DNA of 64,000 nucleotides from positions 62,001 to 126,000 of the forward strand of contig CDRNST010000093.1 of NCBI GenBank assembly GCA_977016875.1, in the 5' to 3' direction. The position numbers and the translations under genes were made by a program. Positions 61,451-64,000 of this stretch are shown here, in pieces (within the stretch, counting starts at the first letter, position 1; each line of letters opens with the position of its first letter). This stretch comes from Pavona decussata. Its lineage: Eukaryota. Below the pieces are notes generated by a model. It ran no database searches. It was not told the origin of the DNA and saw only the letters and a program-made list of their open reading frames with translations.

Positions 61451-64000
61451 CTGCAGAAACAGACAAATTAATGTTTAGAAATATGGAAGCAGATTTCAAT
61501 AATGAGAGGGACATTTGTGCTTGGTGTTTTTCAACAACTTTGAGTCTTACAACAGTCAGAGTTGCCGCTCTGTATTGAGACTGTAACATACATGATTCAA
61601 TCCCAACAAAATTTCTCCCTTTCAAACCCAGCTCCATCAATCAAAAGCGAAAAGGTTTTGCACAAGTTTTTAACTTTTGAATTCATGCGGTGATCCTCAC
61701 CACAAATATGCTTTTCACTTGTTCCACAGGGATTGAATCAAATCTGTTCCCTTGTGTGGCCAACAATAAGAGCAAAATATATCACTTTCATTTACAGTGT
61801 ACATGTATGTACTTTGGAAATTTGCTGCCTAACAATGTTGACTCTGTGTTGCCATGGAATGTGTGGGAACAGTCACAAGATATTGGTTGACCAAAATACG
61901 GACAATCTTTGAGTGCTTTGTTGAAAGCATAGTGGTTTTAGGTCTCTAAAAAACTGTGGGGGGTTACAAACACAATAAAATGGAGGCTTGTGAAATAAAA
62001 AGCTGATTATTAAAAAAAATGTGATTTAAAAGGTCAGATTGCATTAGCCTTGAAGAATTTATTAACAAAACTTACTCAAAGCTAACATCAAAGCAACATA
62101 GCTGACTTTTGCTAGCAAATAGACAAAATTTTTTGAGTGAGAATGAAGCCTCATTTTGGACTTCAACCCCTCAAGTTGGTTTAAACTGATCACTGTTAAT
62201 GCTGCGTGACATCAAGGCAATATTACAAAAGCAATCACGATTTGCACGTATGAAACTATATATAGCATTCATATCATGAAATTCAAATAGCAAGACAAAA
62301 TAACCTTGGAGAACCGCAAAAGGAACATTTTTCATATGATGGGAGAGGGATACTGATCTGGGTCTTGAGATTTTGACGTCATTAAACTTAAGTTCTATTT
62401 AAAGAAACGGACTGTGTATTAAGGATATATTGATCACGAGAATAGAACTCAATTCACGTAATCAGTGGTCAATGAATGATACGTTCCAAAAATTATTTTA
62501 ACCTTATTCATGAAACAATTTTCAAGATACGATCTTAGGAACAAAGACTGTATTGCCATACAAATTCAAAAATAGAATGTGATATACATGTTTCTCTTTC
62601 ATTTTCTTTCCTTTGAGGAAGCTTAAATGCACTCAGAGATTAGAATATGATTTTCAAATCATGCTAATACTGGGGAGTTTATTTAATACAGATGCAAAGT
62701 AAAAAAACACTTTAGTCAAAAACATGCGACAAAAAGTTACAGCTTTAAGGAAATGATTTATACAGTCAGAGTGCTGTTGCTGTCAATCTCAAGACGTTCT
62801 TGACTGCCATACGCAATTTTTAGTTATCCATGTGGGCAGCGTAGAAGGGCTTTTGTAATAATCCCCCACACAGTTATGAAATATTAAAATTAATTCTCCA
62901 ACATAAAATCACAAACAGCCCTTGGACATAACTTTGCCAGAGAATGTCTACTATTTCAACAAGATATGACTTGCCTGAAAATTCTTGAATAAGAAAATTT
63001 TGGGTTGTTTTTTGGTACTATCGAAGGAAATACATTTCTTGAGACACAATTTGTTGGGCTGGAAACAAAGGAGCACATTGAAACCACATTGTGGCCTTTG
63101 GGTCACAAGGGTGTAGTCTAACAATGGAAGGGAAATGTAGGGCTTGACTCCAAGCAGCTACTGAATTTCTTTGTGAGCAAAAATGTACGTGTATCGCTTT
63201 GCCATTTTTATCCATTATTGGGTTACAATTAAAATCGAAAATTTCGCACGTAAGACATAAGTACACACACTGCCCACACAAAAATATTAAATGAGATAGC
63301 ATCTGAATAAATGTAGAGATTTGAAGAGCGTTTCAAATGCTGGTTTCGGTTTTGTTATCATTGAAAGATTCTACTTAAAAGAATTTATCCAAACTACAAT
63401 AATTCATTATAAATCATAAATTCTATTATCCTTTTTCGGCCGTACAACATACAGTATTATACGAGAATGATTCATGATCTGTCTCAAATTACATGCCAAA
63501 CAAAACATTGAAATTTCCGTAGTCAGCGTACATTCAAAGGAAAACCGAATCAACTGGTATTCTTTTTAGAAGCTGGCACACAACCTTGGAATGAAAGTTC
63601 CTTTTTACCCGATAGAAATACAATAATCTATTCATTGTAGATCAAAACTCCATGATCTCAAATCGTCAAAAACCGCAAATTACATAAATTCTTGTGGGCG
63701 TCGTGGAATAAATTTAAGCGAGAACAAAAGTTCTTTCACAGAAATTACATGCTCAAAAAAATTTAAGCGCTATCACCCAAACCTACGCAAACGGCATTAA
63801 TTTTGAAAGGATTTAATTACAGAACATTTTCTTCCGACACAATGCTTTTAAATTACTTTGACGAGTTGCAATGGCGGAAAATTTTTAAAATCTCAGAGTT
63901 TACCCCGTGTTTACAAAGCTCTGACGTTATTCATTACATGTACATCACGAATTGATAACTTCCTCAAGTTAGCAAAGAGGCACTCAGATATTAAATGACA

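Overview
Eukaryotic (animal) genomic DNA. It looks cnidarian, probably a stony coral, judging by its spliced genes, tRNA-derived SINEs, many MITEs and two assembly gaps; the taxon is an inference. The left half (~2.1-31.7 kb) holds a compact cluster of genes with uninterrupted coding regions. These are one ThiF/E1-like adenylyltransferase, five JAB/MPN+ (JAMM) metallopeptidase genes (three also carry degenerate pseudo-JAB domains), and seven small unannotated proteins. The small proteins share a C-terminal motif, (D/E)R-x-(V/I)-x-x-x-M-A-x-x-G-(F/W)-F, usually preceded by an L-x-F-D-x-x-(T/S)-G-(K/R)-L-x-V or N-Y-E-N-G segment. No E2 and no beta-grasp ubiquitin-like protein is recognisable. 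The layout suggests an undescribed animal peptide-modification system (RiPP-like, or a non-canonical Ubl-type conjugation). Upstream regions repeatedly carry STAT (GAS), IRF (ISRE) and NF-kB-like motifs, which hints at immune induction. The right half is ordinary coral-type DNA: a multi-exon membrane-anchored beta-lactamase-like gene, a repeat-rich intergenic tract, and the 3' exons of a Pointed (SAM_PNT)-only gene.
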